From contig NC_087245.1 of NCBI RefSeq assembly GCF_037042905.1, positions 15,998,001 to 16,062,000 of the forward strand: a DNA stretch of 64,000 nucleotides, given 5' to 3'. The notes beneath the pieces are model-generated. The model was not told the DNA's origin. It ran no database searches and worked only from the letters and a program-made list of their open reading frames with translations. The stretch comes from Lytechinus pictus (Eukaryota). A program made the position numbers and the translations under genes. The number at the start of each line of letters is the position of its first letter. Position 1 is the first letter of the stretch. Shown here piece after piece: positions 1-14,425 of this stretch.

Positions 1-3000
1 CTTGAAGTCAAGAAGAGCTTATAGGATCAGCGACTAACGCGACAAATAACCTATTGAAGGACCGGACAATGGGCATAATGACTGAATACATCAGGCCAAT
101 TGGAGAACCCCCTTTGCATACCCCTAATCAGAAAGCGAAGGCAACCACTGCTGGAAGGTATGACCCCTCTCTGGAAGCCATCCTTAAGAGGTTTGACAAT
201 AACCTGAGGAGAAGAAAGTGATCTGATCTCTCGCCTACCAATTATCACCTGTTTGATTATAGAGGTGGTGAACCCCTTGTCTCGACGCCAAAGCTTATCG
301 CTGGCCACCCACTACCACTTCACCTCTCAAAACAGTGGGTACCATTCAATGGAGAGGCGCCACCCGGTAGTCATCCACTACTACTATCCATGAGCTAAAC
401 GGTAGGGGGGTTATATGTGGTAAGAAGATTCGGGGATATATCTCTTGATATACCATGTCCTAGAATAGCAACCCATGTTTTGTTTTGGAAATAGTTCAAA
501 ATAATTACGTAGCTTTGCACCAGGGGGGTAATTTACACACGACATGTCATGTTTTCGGGATTTTCTGCTTTTCGTTGCACACTATGGACAGCAGGTTGCC
601 CTGGTACATTTTTTTTTCGAGTTACAGAACTAGTTTGAAAGGAATCGTAAACAAATTTGACAGATGAAATACAAACATACCATGGAATTTGGCAATTCAA
701 TATATACTGTTTCAGATATCCATTTCTAAACTACAATGATTCGAGGACGGAAACCAATCATATTTATAACATAACCTATGACAAATTATCAAAACTATTC
801 ACGGCATAGAATCTGAATTTTATTGTTGCTGTTTATTCTATTTGAAGAACCATGTATGGACATTTTACACGTTCCTCATCTAGAATATGTTGTCCAATAC
901 ATTCAAATATTTTTGATCGACCTTTACCGATTTTATTTATCCACGTTACACAATCGACAAAAATGAATTTGAATTATCAAACATGAAGTGTCTGGATGTG
1001 GTTGCAAAACGTATGATGCTACTTTACCCCCAGACTAATAAAAAAAACATAAAACAGATTAAAAAAAAAAAAGTTTTAAACTTTATGAAATTCGTTGAAT
1101 TTTCATCACATTCTGCATTGATGTGAACTACCTAAAATGGCCAGAAAAAAGACAATCTGTGGATACTGTTTGGACATGATGGCTTCATCAATACTAAGAT
1201 AAGGACCGGATGCGATGATTTTCAAGCTCTCGGCCACTACCCTGTAACGGCTTTATATGCGAGTAAACGTTTTCATTTAGTCAATACGATTCCAAATTCA
1301 GTCCTTCGGGACGCACCAAGTACGTCAATATACATTCATGAAGATTTGTCTTCCCCAACGAGTGCCTAGCCAAGCACTTCAGCCACCATGCTTTTTACGA
1401 TAGGGGTTGCATGGAAGGGCATTCGGTTGGACAGGGTCAAAAGCCCATTATATGCCAGTAGACTACAGAATCACAAAGTAATGTTTGGGGAGACATCATG
1501 CATTTACATTTTCGACGAAAAGGTGTCCTCTTAAAGTGTGATCGAAATACCATGTTCCTAAATGGTGAAGGTCATTGTAAGGACGGTTCATCAGGGTCGA
1601 CGTCCGATGCACAAGATTCGAGGAGCTGTTGAAGACTTCGAAAAATAGTATGTCAACATGTCTCCCCCCCCCCCCCCCCCGCAAGACAAGGTGTCTGTGT
1701 AACGTAAATGGAGATAAATGAAGAATCATATAATGTTGGATATTGTTCAATACCGCATTGTATTTTGCTCTTAAAATGGCTTAACACAAGAAAGAACACA
1801 CGTCAGCTCCAAAGTTAAAGAGCGTACTTAATTTATCAATATGAGGAGAATTCGTTAGAGTTTATGAACATCGTTTAAACTGTCCCACAAAGTTTGACTT
1901 TTTTTCAATTTTATGCAATCAATGATAACATAGTGTCAACCCGACATCGATTTGACTTGAATGGAAGATTTGTATTGTATTACATATTCGTCTCTTCATT
2001 CTCACAAAATATGTTTTGATAATCAGTTCCTTCAAGTAAAAAAGGTGTATCGCTAAAAACTTTGTTAAAGTAAATTTAATGATGAGGATATTTGAAGTTG
2101 AGTTTTCAAAAACTAACTACTCAGTCAACATCTTCAGTAGATAGCATGTAAGCTGCATGCGTACTACGCCCGAATCCTTGAGTGTGTAACCAATTTCAAA
2201 TCAAACCAAAAGTCATCTTTGAACTTGCAAAGTCATTAGCGGGATTGGCAGGCAGACGACATAACAGGATTAAAACAGCATCACGCATGTGCATGAATTG
2301 TGTACACATCGTTTGGCGCCCATTCCGGAGTACGTTGAAACTTTCAAGCGTTCCCTGCCTACTTCTCCCAAAGACGCATAAACACACTTTACCACGAGCA
2401 CAAGGCTCGATTCTGCATACGATAAAAGGCGGGAGAGTAGAAAAGTGAACCTTACTTATGCTGAGAGTAAAAAAGGACTTCCTCCAGATCACTCACTACC
2501 CACTAAAACTTGCAGACGGTTAAACAACGTGCTACCATCTTGAATATTATGTGCATCTTCCCGTTGTGCACGACCTCACCTCTGTAACCCCGTCAAAGCG
2601 CGGTGGCTATTCCGTGTCGTCGCTGAAGGGTAGTTCTACAGACTCAAGTTGCAATTAGTTATGCGTTTGCCAGCTGCATTCTTTGAGAGCGTGCGGCACA
2701 GAAAACGATGGAAAAGGACTGAAATAAACGCAGCAGTTCGCGAAGTATATGGTGTCCTTGGGATATCCAAATCGAAGGGCATGACTGTCGGTTCTTTATA
2801 TTCGGACGCTGTGTTTGGAAATAGGCCAATGCCTATAGTTACCCCGGTAGTTACCTGATATCAAATGATATATTTTAGGTATCACAACCATTCGGTTTAT
2901 AATTATCTAAAGAGGTTGCAATGTAATCACGATTTGATTTCTTTATCACGAAGTCATACATTGCAACCCCTCTCATGTCACCCTTTGTCCCTCAGTTACA

Positions 3001-3701
3001 ATTGAATTATCTGAGATTGCCATGTTTACATTGATTTCCATTATTAAGAAATTTGTACAACCACAGGTGACAGATATAAGAAATGTAAACAAACGTATAA
3101 GTATAAAGATTTTTTTTGAAAACATGGAGCCGAACTGTAAGGAGGAAATTGTTATTTACCAGCAGAAGTCATTAATTAAGCTTTCCCGTTAGAAGAGTCA
3201 ACACAGAAACATCACCATGGTGAAGATAATATATGAACAACAACGTACCATTACACGGATTGAAGTAAGAGGAGGAAGATAGGTCAAAGAAGGGATAGTT
3301 TTGTTATGGAAACAAAATATAGGGAGGGAAATGGGTAAAGAGAGACCAAAGTACATGCACTTCTAAGTTCTTATCTGCGTTCATGTTCAATTACCGCCGC
3401 CGATCTGTCTCTAACCACCGAACCTGTTCTTCCCAGTCTGCGGCCTGCACCATTCGGCACAAGGGTGCAGCCAAGATCAACCCGATCGCGTTACTTGCGC
3501 ATTATTTTCTGGAATGCATCTATCAGCAAATCGCGTGGTAATACCATGGATCGCTTGACCCTCCCATATTAAAGGGTTCTTTCCTGTCAAAGAGAGCATC
3601 ATACCAAATATTTTAGAATGAAAAACAAAAGCAAGGGAAAACATTTTGAATACAATATATATTTTTGTCTCTGCTATTGACACGGACGCCATATATTGTC
3701 A

Positions 3702-3797
3702 ATGATGGCAATGTTGTCTACTCCAACTACGTACACAGTCGACCCCATATATAGGGTCGAGTGTGTACGTAGTTGGAGTAGACAACATTTCCAACAT
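3702..3797. repeat. Near-perfect ~96-bp palindrome (hairpin; possible micro-MITE)
   Basis: Arm aatgttgtctactccaactacgtacacagtcgaccc (3710-3745) is the reverse complement of 3754-3789 with one mismatch. The loop is catatata. Pairing extends to 3702/3797 with two further mismatches. Confidence 0.9.
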
Positions 3798-5921
3798 ACA
3801 TGAACGGGTTTCAAGTGAACTTTCGTTGCGTCAACATGGCGCATGAACTAAGTCTTTAGACTAAATAATATATGCACAGATCTTTTAAAGCGCAAGTATC
3901 ACGCAACCACAATTGCGTCTAATGTAAAAAGGGTGTAAAACACATTAGCACCTTCATCATCGGAATCCAAAATACCAATTTGCACAATGCATAAATATTA
4001 TCAATATCATGATGACTAAAACGCTAATAAAATCTCTTTTGAAGATATTTATAAAGCTATTTTGGACACCGACTACGTAAAGCATTTTTGTTCGTTTTCA
4101 GGCTAATACTTGAAAGTCAGAAAGCAAATGAAAGAGAAAACCGTTTGATTTCCTGCGTCAACGTCGCAATCTCGATTACGGTCAATCGGAATGACTTGTT
4201 AGACTTGTCACAAACGGTTACTCTCTTCTTCCTTCAATAAAAGAACAAACTATTTGGGGTAACGGCTGGGCAGGAGGATGGGAACTGACGGCTCCAATTG
4301 GTGTAACGGGCTAAGGTCAAGCCTGGCGAGGAGAAACGGGAGAGCTGAGTTTATTGTCTTTATTCTAGACGTTCTTCATGATTTAACTGGTTATTTCTCA
4401 AGAGACTGTGATAAGAAACGGGTGAGATGTACTCTAGTCATTAAGTATCCAGTATTAGCAGCAACGAATGGCTCGTTAATCAAATACTAACTATGGCAAA
4501 TTGATTCAGATTAGTCTTATATGATGTAAGGGTAATGATGTGGGGGAATTCATAGATTATTGAGTGGGAGGAGATAGGTAATAAAGAGGGTATTGGAAGT
4601 GAAGGGAACAGTCATTACCTGAAGGAAAGAGAGTCCACCAAAGAAATCCAGGGGGTAAGAAGATGTCGCTGTAATGAAAAGGAGGGGTACTCATCACTGG
4701 TCATTATGGGTACAAACAACATTCGAGAGAAAATTGAAAGGAAAGGCATGGAGTACAACCGATGCAAAACCTAAGGTAAAAACGAATGAGGACGAGAGCT
4801 GAGAGAAATGATAAAGACCTCTCTTAGCAAGCCATTGCCAGAGGTATTTTGCACAGTAAACGATCGCCAATAACAAGGCTATTCTCCAAGTATATTCTCC
4901 AAACCGATCAATTTTCAGAAAGGCAATATCAAGCCCTGCCATTAAAGACGAAATATTCGACTACTAATGAATAACTAGGCCCATCCCCCGGTTACTCACT
5001 TTCCACATACCCATACTGGTCGAAGGTATATGGCTTTGGTTCTAGAAATATTAATGCCTCCAACAATTATTGGAGGACACAGGATTGGTCATCCGATAGT
5101 TTTAACAGGAAATGACAGCATCTCATTTCGACCAAGAGTGGAGACTTAAACCATTATGAGATAGCTTGATTTCAGTGTTTTAATTATTTCACTACAGTTG
5201 TGCTGGTGGGCGATGAATGTTTTTAGAGACAGATGAAAGGAAAATATGACAGTACATCTCTGGTACTCATTGACTTTTAGTTAAAAGAACTTGCTTCACA
5301 ATCATTCAAATGAAAATGTGACTCATGCCCCATAGTGATGCTTTTTCGGGGGGGGGGGGCGGGGAATGTATTTTTTATTATTATTGTACAAATAAATGCT
5401 TCCTAAATCTTTTAAACAATATATACAAGTTCATGAACCTTCCTGAAATCTGCAAATTTTCTCAAATCAACATAAACATCAATAAAACTTAGGTAAATAG
5501 TCAATTGCATGTTAGGAAAATTAACTGATTGCAACGGCTTTATCCCATATGTTGATAGATTACTCATCAACTTTTGAGATTAATGTCTAATCGACGAAAT
5601 AAGATTGAGATATAATTATGTGCATAATCAACACCAGATATTTGCACTACAACTATAAATAAAAACCTATATTCGTAATTATAACGAGCAATCGTGTGGT
5701 AGTGTGATGTGGTCTCTTATTTCAAAAGACCAGCGCAAGAGAGTGTCAATGTCACTAATCATAAAATCATTTGCTGGTTTTCTTGATTGATGAGTGGGTT
5801 GAATTTATGGACCGCGTAATAAAATCAATCATATATTTTTTACAGGAATCAAAGTGTGATATGACAACTTTAGCGTATATTAACCGCATTCAAAGCTTCA
5901 CACATACGTTCATGTAAATGT

Positions 5922-5956
5922 ATACTATCATGGAGGTTCTACCTCCATGATAGTAT
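5922..5956. mobile_element. Tiny CATGG...CCATG palindrome with 7-bp flanking duplication (putative P/Galileo-type footprint)
   Basis: atactat|catggaggt-tct-acctccatg|atagtat; the flanks match 6/7. Confidence 0.5.
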
Positions 5957-6039
5957 ATACAGTACCATTATTTTATGCGATATAGAGCAGTCGAGAAACA
6001 TATGAGAAATTGTCCCTTTTCACAAAGCATACATTATAT

Positions 6040-6300
6040 ATTCATTTATTTATTTATTCATTCATTTAATCATTTATTTATTTGTTTATTTATTTAGTTA
6101 TGTATTCATTCATTCATTTATCTATCTATTCATTCATTCTTTCGTTCGTTCATTCATTCGTTCATTCGTTCATTCATTCATTCATTAATTTGTTCGTTCG
6201 TTCATTCATACATTCATTCATTCATTTATTTCATTCATTTCATTCATTCATTCATTTATTTCATTCATTTCATTCATTCATTCATTCATTCATTTATTTT
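6040..6300. repeat. (ATTC)n/(ATTT)n microsatellite
   Basis: Degenerate tetranucleotide run cattcattcatt..., directly visible. Confidence 0.95.
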
Positions 6301-7814
6301 CTCATTTGTTTTTCAGTTATTAAAAATAAACTCTTTAACAGAAAGAAAGGGAAAGGTGTCGAATATAGGCAGAGAGGATTCGCTGAAAACAAGAAGATGT
6401 ATGTGAGAGAGGGAAGTGTTCATTGGGAAGGGGGCTGGAAGCTGGATATGGGGTAGGATGGGAAAAGGGCAGAATGGGGCGGCTAAAATTTTCCTTTGCC
6501 GTGTAGGTCATGACCATCGAAAACGTGAGCCTGCTTGATATTCTCAACTTCATATCATGGGAGAGAGAAAGAAAAAAAAGTTACCTAAGTAAACGTTTTG
6601 CTACCACAACAAGAGGGTAAATTAAACTGCCTTTTTTTAGTCAGGGAGGAAAAAATCGTGGTAGGGCGGTGAACAACAGGGAATAAAACTTTGAAGGCCG
6701 GATCTGGGTTTGACCCCTTTTCAAATCAGTAAATGACTCCAAAATGCCCCAGGAGAAATGGAACAAAAGCTATGCTGTACTTTCAACTGGGAACCATTTT
6801 CCTCCACTTTTTAAGAAGAATTTTGTGCATTATAGGGTAACTTTTAGTATATCTCCCTTGTGTGCAGCGACCTCAATAATAACCTCAATATCAACTTTAT
6901 TTAAACGCATGCATAATAAAATCGTTTAATTGTCACATCACCCCATTTGCCCTACTATGTTTCCACCATACCATATATATTCCATATTCCTTTTCCTTAT
7001 ATGAGGTTCTATCAATCTTAGTACATATATTACTTGTATGATTAAGAAAGATATTAATTGAAACTATAAGGAAATATTCCTTTTTTCATTAAAATTTTCA
7101 TATATTTCACGTTTTTTTATTGTCTCTTTTTGTTTTATGAATTCGTGTATCAGATCATGGACCTACAAAAAAGACCCTGCATGTTATTCAAATGTTTGTA
7201 TTGGTATTATGTAAACTGATCAATCGACTAATAAATGGCTGAACTATTTCAAAGTGAGATATTTCTAATTAATTGCACGGAAAATAATAAAATATCGAAA
7301 CGAAACCATCAATTCAATACAGAATAAGCCTATTACAATTTTCGTTCGACAGTATGAAATAAAATTTGAAGATATATTAACTTTGCCTCCTTTCAAGATC
7401 ACAAATTTCCAACGTCTTGAGTAAGGGCTATATCTTGTGAAGTCCATGGGTATTGATCATGTAATGGAAGCTGTATAGTCGAGAGGTGACTAACCCGGGA
7501 GTCTGCCTATTTATTCATGCAAAAAGACATGATGCGTCAAGCGCATAGGGAAATGGTGACCAATTACTCACTGTCGCTTAATTTCATGTATAGGCCTACG
7601 TGCCCAGCAATCTACATGTAGGGTACATGGTCATCATTATTGATGCAAGTCGTAATAATGATATGCTGCAACCGGGATGCCTTGCGCTAGGACGGGACTA
7701 CGGGAGACAGCTAATCGAAGTTTTAACCCTCTTTTATCGTTCGACGTTGCTACTGTCCAAATTGCCAAATGATAAAAATCCATTATGAGGATGTAATAGT
7801 AGGAATATACTAAT

Positions 7815-8172
7815 AATGATGATGGTGATTATGATGATGATGATGAGGAGGAGGAGGAGGAGGATGGTGGTGATAATAATGATGATGAAGATGATGATGA
7901 GGAGGAGGATGACGATGATAATGATGATGAGGAGGAGGAGGAGGATGGTGGTGATAATGATCATAATGATGATGAAGATGATGATGAGGAGGAGGATGAC
8001 GATGATAATGATGATGAGGAGGAGGAGGAGGAGGATGATGGTGGTGATAATGATCATAATGATGATGAAGATGATGATGAGGAGGAGGATGACGATGATA
8101 ATGATGATGAGGAGGAGGATCATCAGGAGGATGATGATGGTGATAATGAAAATGGTGGATGTGGTGGTGGTG
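7815..8172. repeat. Compound (GAT/GAG/GGT) trinucleotide repeat with ~90-bp higher-order units
   Basis: The block gatgatgaagatgatgatgaggaggaggatgacgatgataatgatgatgagg recurs three times. It explains the low-complexity 164-aa ORFs on both strands. Confidence 0.9.
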
Positions 8173-10427
8173 TTCGTTGTTTTCTTAATCACTGTGGATA
8201 TTTTGCTATTACAGTTATGCGTCTCCATACTATCTAAGACGGATATTAAGATCTACATCCCATCGCTTCTTTTCAAATACAATCAAGTAATAGATAGGCT
8301 ACATACCTAAAATACTTCGCGATCACTATATTTGAAGTCCTATGTAAAGCTTAGTTTGGTTATTTGGGAACTATTTTATTCATATTGCCCTATTGCCGGA
8401 AGTCAGGATTATATGCATGCATTTGTAGTGGGGAAAATGAATACTTAAACAGCCACTTTATTTTGCCACCTTTCTATAAATCGATACCTGAAGAAAGATG
8501 GGAATAGAAATTAGGTGTATACTCGAAATTAATCGAGATGATAAAAGCTAAGAAAACCAATTCTATCGGAGGTAAACAAACGAAGGGATCTAGAGAGAAA
8601 GGAACCCCACAAATATATATATTGCGGTTGCGGTAAACATAGCGCCGCGGGTATAGGGCAATTACCGATGCTGAGAAGGCAATAGTCAATTTCTCAGGGT
8701 TCTTGTGAAAAAATTAACTGACGTTGATATCATTTTTATAAGGTCCCAATGTCTTTACTCTCATAGAGTTTGATTGGGGGGGGGGCAAAATTGGGAAGGG
8801 GCGAACTGATGAAGAGAAGGAGGGGGAAGAAAGGGAAGAAAGGGTAGTAGAGGGATTGGGAAATTAGTAAAAGAGGGTATTGGGGGATAGGTATGAAAGA
8901 CGAAAAGGAATTTTTCAAAAGAGCTTAGTTTATCATGAGTAGCATGAGAGGGGAGGAGTTAGTACAGGACCGAAAAATAAAATGCTAGTGAAGGGGGGGG
9001 GGGGGGTGTAAATTCATATTGAATTGGAAAGAGAAGACAGATATTACGAAAAACATAAAATGCCATTCAATGAGCAAATAACAGAAATGCTGAATAATGT
9101 TTAAACAATGATTACAATAAGACGTACATGGAAAAATAAACTAATAAATTCTACAGGACAACATATTATTTAAAAATAGTTCAACGTCATTTATTATTTT
9201 GTTTTCCCAGAGTAACAGAGGAAAGTGTTTTATTAACGCTTGTTCTTGGGTCAAAATCCGGCCTAGACAGCCCCAGATGGCTGCTGGCTACTATTCACAT
9301 AGTCTGATTGTGGCTAATTATTAGAAAATTTTGGGCAATTAGAAACGGAAGTATCAGTTGTTTTTAGAAGGCAATATTTCCCAGGGCTATATTACGGAAA
9401 ATGAATTGGTTATTTTCCCATCATAACTTTATATTCACATGATTACAAAAGGAGGCTCATTTGCTTTGTTGAATATGGGGTAAGCTTGGGGGAGGGGGCG
9501 CAACAAAAAACTGTACTTTACACAGTATGAGATTATTTCCTATAATATTGAATCGTCTCTTTTTGAAGATCACATTCGATTTTGTTGAATAAGGTTTCAT
9601 TGGATTAAGTATTCAACTGAATTCGTGATTTATTGAATCATTCGTCAAATATTGAATTGAATACTTAATGCAACTCCCTGCAATGAATTGACCTTTTCTG
9701 GCTATATATAAATTACTAATTCTTTCTTTCAAATAACGAATTCATGATTGAAATGGCAATATAGACTGAATGTTCAAGAAGATCAATGTTAATCACATTT
9801 AAGCTGACAACTTTTCTCTTTTTTTCTGACTAATATATGACAATATTGCAAAGCACATCTCACTTATTGGTGGAGAAATTCGACCGGAAAATTAATTTTC
9901 ACATAGCCTTTATGATGAGGTACCAAGTGTGCGTTGCTTACATAGACTCATCGATCAATGAGAGTTTATTAAAATGTAACTTCTCATAATAAGACATTGG
10001 CGTCTCATGCGAATTAAGTGACATAGGAATAAATGTTCATTTGTTTTCACGGGTGTCGCGCGACTCGCAATAATCCATCTTCTCTAACTCTGTCGAGTAT
10101 TGAGCATGTTGAGTAGAAGTTTATTAGTGAACAGAGTGAAATGTGGTGGGAAAATCGATTATCATCAAGAAAGACCAATATTCATCATGATTTTAAGATC
10201 TCAGTTTGAAATAAAATCAGTAATTTGGAAGAAGTCTGAACTTATTTCAAAAGATGCCAGCTATCAACATTTCTAACAGAGAAAACCATCGGCACAGTAT
10301 TCCGCAGCATAAAATAACAATGAAAATATATAAAAAGAAAATAAACCATATCCATAACCCCTAAATCGTAAAAAAAAAACTTCAAGAAACTATATGAATT
10401 TACAACATTCGTTAAAAAAGAACTTTA

Positions 10428-10682
10428 CACTGTAAAAAAATGTTGGGAAATTTTTATACCACAACAAGGGTAATTATGTGTCCAACCAATTAATTTCGGG
10501 CAGTATTTTACCCAATGCGGGAAGCATATTATCTAGTAAGGTTTAAAAAAAGTAGCAATTACTTTAGAATGGGCAAAGTTTTCATCACACTGGATAAATA
10601 AAAATGCCCAAATGAAATGCCCAATGTTGATTTGACACATAATTACCCTCATGGAGCATTTTTGCCCAATATTTTTAGAGTG
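10428..10682. mobile_element. EnSpm/CACTA-like MITE
   Basis: TA|CACTGTAAAAAA ... TTTTTAGAGTG|TA termini with TA on both sides; internal inverted pair gggtaattatgtgtc / gacacataattaccc. Confidence 0.7.
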
Positions 10683-11959
10683 TACGGGCTACCCCGTTTG
10701 TTTAATCCTAATCTATATCGATTTATGTATCGTTATATCCTAATCAGAAATGGATGTGGTTTTGTCAAGTTCCCAGTTCTTATGTAGTCATTCAATCATT
10801 GTATGATTTGTTTTCTGAGGGAAAGCAACCTAACTGAAAATCACAGAAATGTTTGAGATGCATCTTCCATGTGTGATGCAGCTCTATGCTCACTCAAACG
10901 GGTGAACCATAGGTTCAGGTATCAGCGCATTAGATTGGAATACCCCTTGGAATTTCATTCAAGAAAAATGGTTATCCCAAGAGAGGGGCTTCTTAAAACA
11001 ATGTCTGGAGCTGTTCGCATTGCAGGTGAGAAACTGAGCCCCCGGTGACCTCAAAAGAGGTATCGGTGTTCCCCCTCCAATAACAAAGAGATTCCTAAAC
11101 ACCAAGTGCGTTCGTTATAGCTATATGGCTAATTCATCTTCAGTATAAATGGCTCTCCTGCCCTCGCGTAATATCATTAATGTACATGTAGGCATACAGA
11201 GGTTTTATTTTCCCGTGTATGGAGGAGTAGGCCCCAAGTTTCTGTGTATTTTGCCTGTAAAATGAGAAATAAAGTCTCGGATGTATGAATGTATCTATAA
11301 CTTCATCGTGTTATGTTGTTGCAAAGAGCAATTCGAACGGGTTCAACTATAGGCCATATACAGGCCTATAAACTCGTTCCAGGTTCAGTTCGTATAACAA
11401 CTTGCGCAGTTAGTAGCTAGCTGCAAACTATTGTACATTGAAAACACTGGATAGGTAATCAGTTTTATTATTGTTGCAATCAGATTGACTAATTTTTGTT
11501 GATTTTAAGAGATACAAGTGAAAAATTATTGGCAAGCTTCATTAGTCTGGGCTTCATACTCGCACTTATGGTGTGAGGAATCATGTTCAAGGGATCAATC
11601 CGTATGATATTATAGGTCTAGAATTCATAGGCATATATATTAACCCAATGTGCGTCAATCTGAAGCTGGCGAACGGGTTTCTGTATACACGCCAGTCCTG
11701 TGTTGATTTAGAACACGGGAGAAGGCCGTTGCGTGTTATCAGAACAAATATCCAAACGTATCGTTACACTATCAGGCTATGAAAGAGAAGACGTTTTCTT
11801 CATAAATAAAAAACAAAGACGGAATAGAAAACTGATTGTTTAGGAGGAGGTCTGCGTGAGTACAGTGCCTCCAGACTGAACTTTCTCGTGTGATTTTAGC
11901 ACGATGTAACCAATTTTGGAATTAGATCCGAAACGGAAAAAGGTATCCACGAAGATCCA

Positions 11960-11962
<3 letters not shown>

Positions 11963-12003
<41 letters not shown>
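11963..12003. repeat. (CT)n microsatellite
   Basis: Pure CT dinucleotide run. Confidence 0.95.
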
Positions 12004-12006
<3 letters not shown>

Positions 12007-14266
12007 ATTCTACCAAATTCCACCATTATTCTTGGGGCAACATGCCCCCGCCTCAAGACATACGGTGGTGTAGGTTTTATGTTTTTCTGACTTCTGAAAC
12101 GTCAACACTCCTTGACATTTTCATTCAAATAGTTGTAAGGATCCCCTATATTTTTTCAAAAGGTGAATACTTTTCAGTGTCGGAACGCTATTTTCTTCAA
12201 GTGAGTTATATTCCGTGAATGCAAAAAAAAAAAAATACGAGGGTTAAGTTATTTCTCATTTCATTGTGTATCACCAAGCAAATTATTTCAACTAATTCAA
12301 AATCATGATGCTAATCAACTTTCATTATTATTGAGATATCGATTTGGGTAAGCTTAATACGCACACTTTCCTGTAAAATTAGCAATCTATGGTTTATCAT
12401 GCAGAGGTTTACATACAGAGCAATGGTATCTTGGAAATACAAATCTGAAAGGATTTGAAGGAATTTTAAATCCCTATCATTACACTGTAATCACTTAATC
12501 TAGCAAAATGGATTAATTGGAGCAGGAGATAACTGTTATCTTATTCCTATTTGAGAAAAAAAAAACATATTGAGATAATACTCATTTTTACATGCAGTAA
12601 CAAGTGTTTATGACTATATGACTACTGTGATACTTAAATATTCATGGCCTTTCGAGTCAAGGGTAAATCGGAACTGGCGTATTTTAACGTCTGCAACTAC
12701 TGTTACCATGGTTTTCCAATTTCAAGAGGATTCCCCGGATTATGTTGAGGAAATTCTTGAGCGCATAAGAAAGCATTTTAAAAATCTAAGTTCTTTCGTT
12801 TTATCGTATTCTAATGTATTCATGATGAAGGTGAACATGTGGATTTACAAAATGTCATCGGAATTCAAGTCAATGATAAAACATAAAAAATATCAGAATC
12901 TTATCTCAGATACGAATTATGCTAATGGGAAGATCTCGTCTTCATATTTCATCCAACTGCATCATGAACTGGTTAACTTAATGTACAATTGCATGAATCA
13001 AATGCGACCATGTTTATACATTTACATAATTTAAACAGTTTTATGCTGATCTTTTGTACCTGAATAAATATGTTCTAATAAATTAATAAATAAATGATTA
13101 TGCAGTGGTAGGCCCTATTAGAAAAGGTCACATTGGAAATAAGAAAACACGATGTCGCCCATGAAATATGTCATATTTAATCCATTTTCCATGTTATTCA
13201 AACTCTTTGCCTTGTAATAGCCGTTAGCACAAAGGGGAATAAAGAAAATGGCGCCTACTTCTAGTTGTACAACTGGGTTCAGCCACACGACTGTGCGAAG
13301 AAAATGGATGACCAAATGTTAATATTCTACACCCTCCGTCCCATACGCGCCAGCTAGCCACGTTCAAATGGGAATAATAATTAACTGGCTGTCATTGTGA
13401 ATTGCATATCAAACACTAAACTATTCTCGTTCATGAACGTCCATTATAAATCAAGCCAAGTAGTACTCCATGTCATCTGGCATGTCACGATGGAGCAAGA
13501 TTCATTTTTGTCCTTTCATGAAACTGTTTTTCAACCCTTGGGACGAGAATTTATTTCATTAATAACGAATGCCTTTTATTGTCCTATTCAATTTGAGCGA
13601 AAAATTAATTTCGTCTTGAAAGTGATATCAATTTGAGATTGGCACGTGAGTAAAGAGCTTCACAAAAATCAGAAAAGCTATAAAAATTCTGATCTTATAT
13701 TTACCCGACTTTCTCTACCACCCCCAGAAAAAAAAGGTTATTCATCATAATGCTTGAAAACTCCTTCAAGTATGCTCTTGGTATATCATTCATATTTAAA
13801 TTGTACTCTAAATTTCACCTCAGTAATTGAATTGCCTTTCATTGTAGAGGCTTTTCTTTTATCAAATATCATACATTTTGACATGTATCTTAATCAACTG
13901 ACTATTTGATTTTTAATAAATTGCGAAAAGTTCAAATACCCGCATAAACATGATAATGTAATCACAATTCTCTTTAAATTCAACTCCTTTTTTTCTAATT
14001 TGATAAATCTATTAATAACTGCTTTGATTCAATTTGCATTCTGTTTTGGTTGTGTGTATTATCATACTCATGTTTTTATTTGTTTTCAAGTTTTATTATA
14101 ATTACACGTTTATATATGTCTATTTACTTCATACTACGCAGGCACCAGCCAATGTGGAGAACCTCTCGACAGAATTTTCAATTCTTTTAGGTGATCCCAA
14201 GGCATTGGCTGGTGTTAAATTTAATTCTATTCCTGTAACATTTCTCTTGTATAACTCATGCTTATT

Positions 14267-14425
14267 AATAAATAAATGAATAAATAAATAAATACATTCA
14301 TTCATACATATATAAATAAATATATATATATAAATAAACAGATAAATAAAGAAATACATGAATAAATATATAAATAAATAAATCAATAAATAAATAAATG
14401 AATGAATTAATAAATTGATTAATTA
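14267..14425. repeat. (ATAA)n/(AT)n low-complexity repeat
   Basis: Runs of taaataaataaa and tatata. Confidence 0.9.

Noticed and set aside
229..270. SDLSPTNYHLF resembling the mariner YSPDLAPSDYHLF motif
   Set aside because: The flanking residues show no other mariner transposase features and no TIR is visible; probably chance.
7734..8310. 164-aa ORFs on both strands (poly-I/L and poly-M/R)
   Set aside because: They are translations of a trinucleotide microsatellite.
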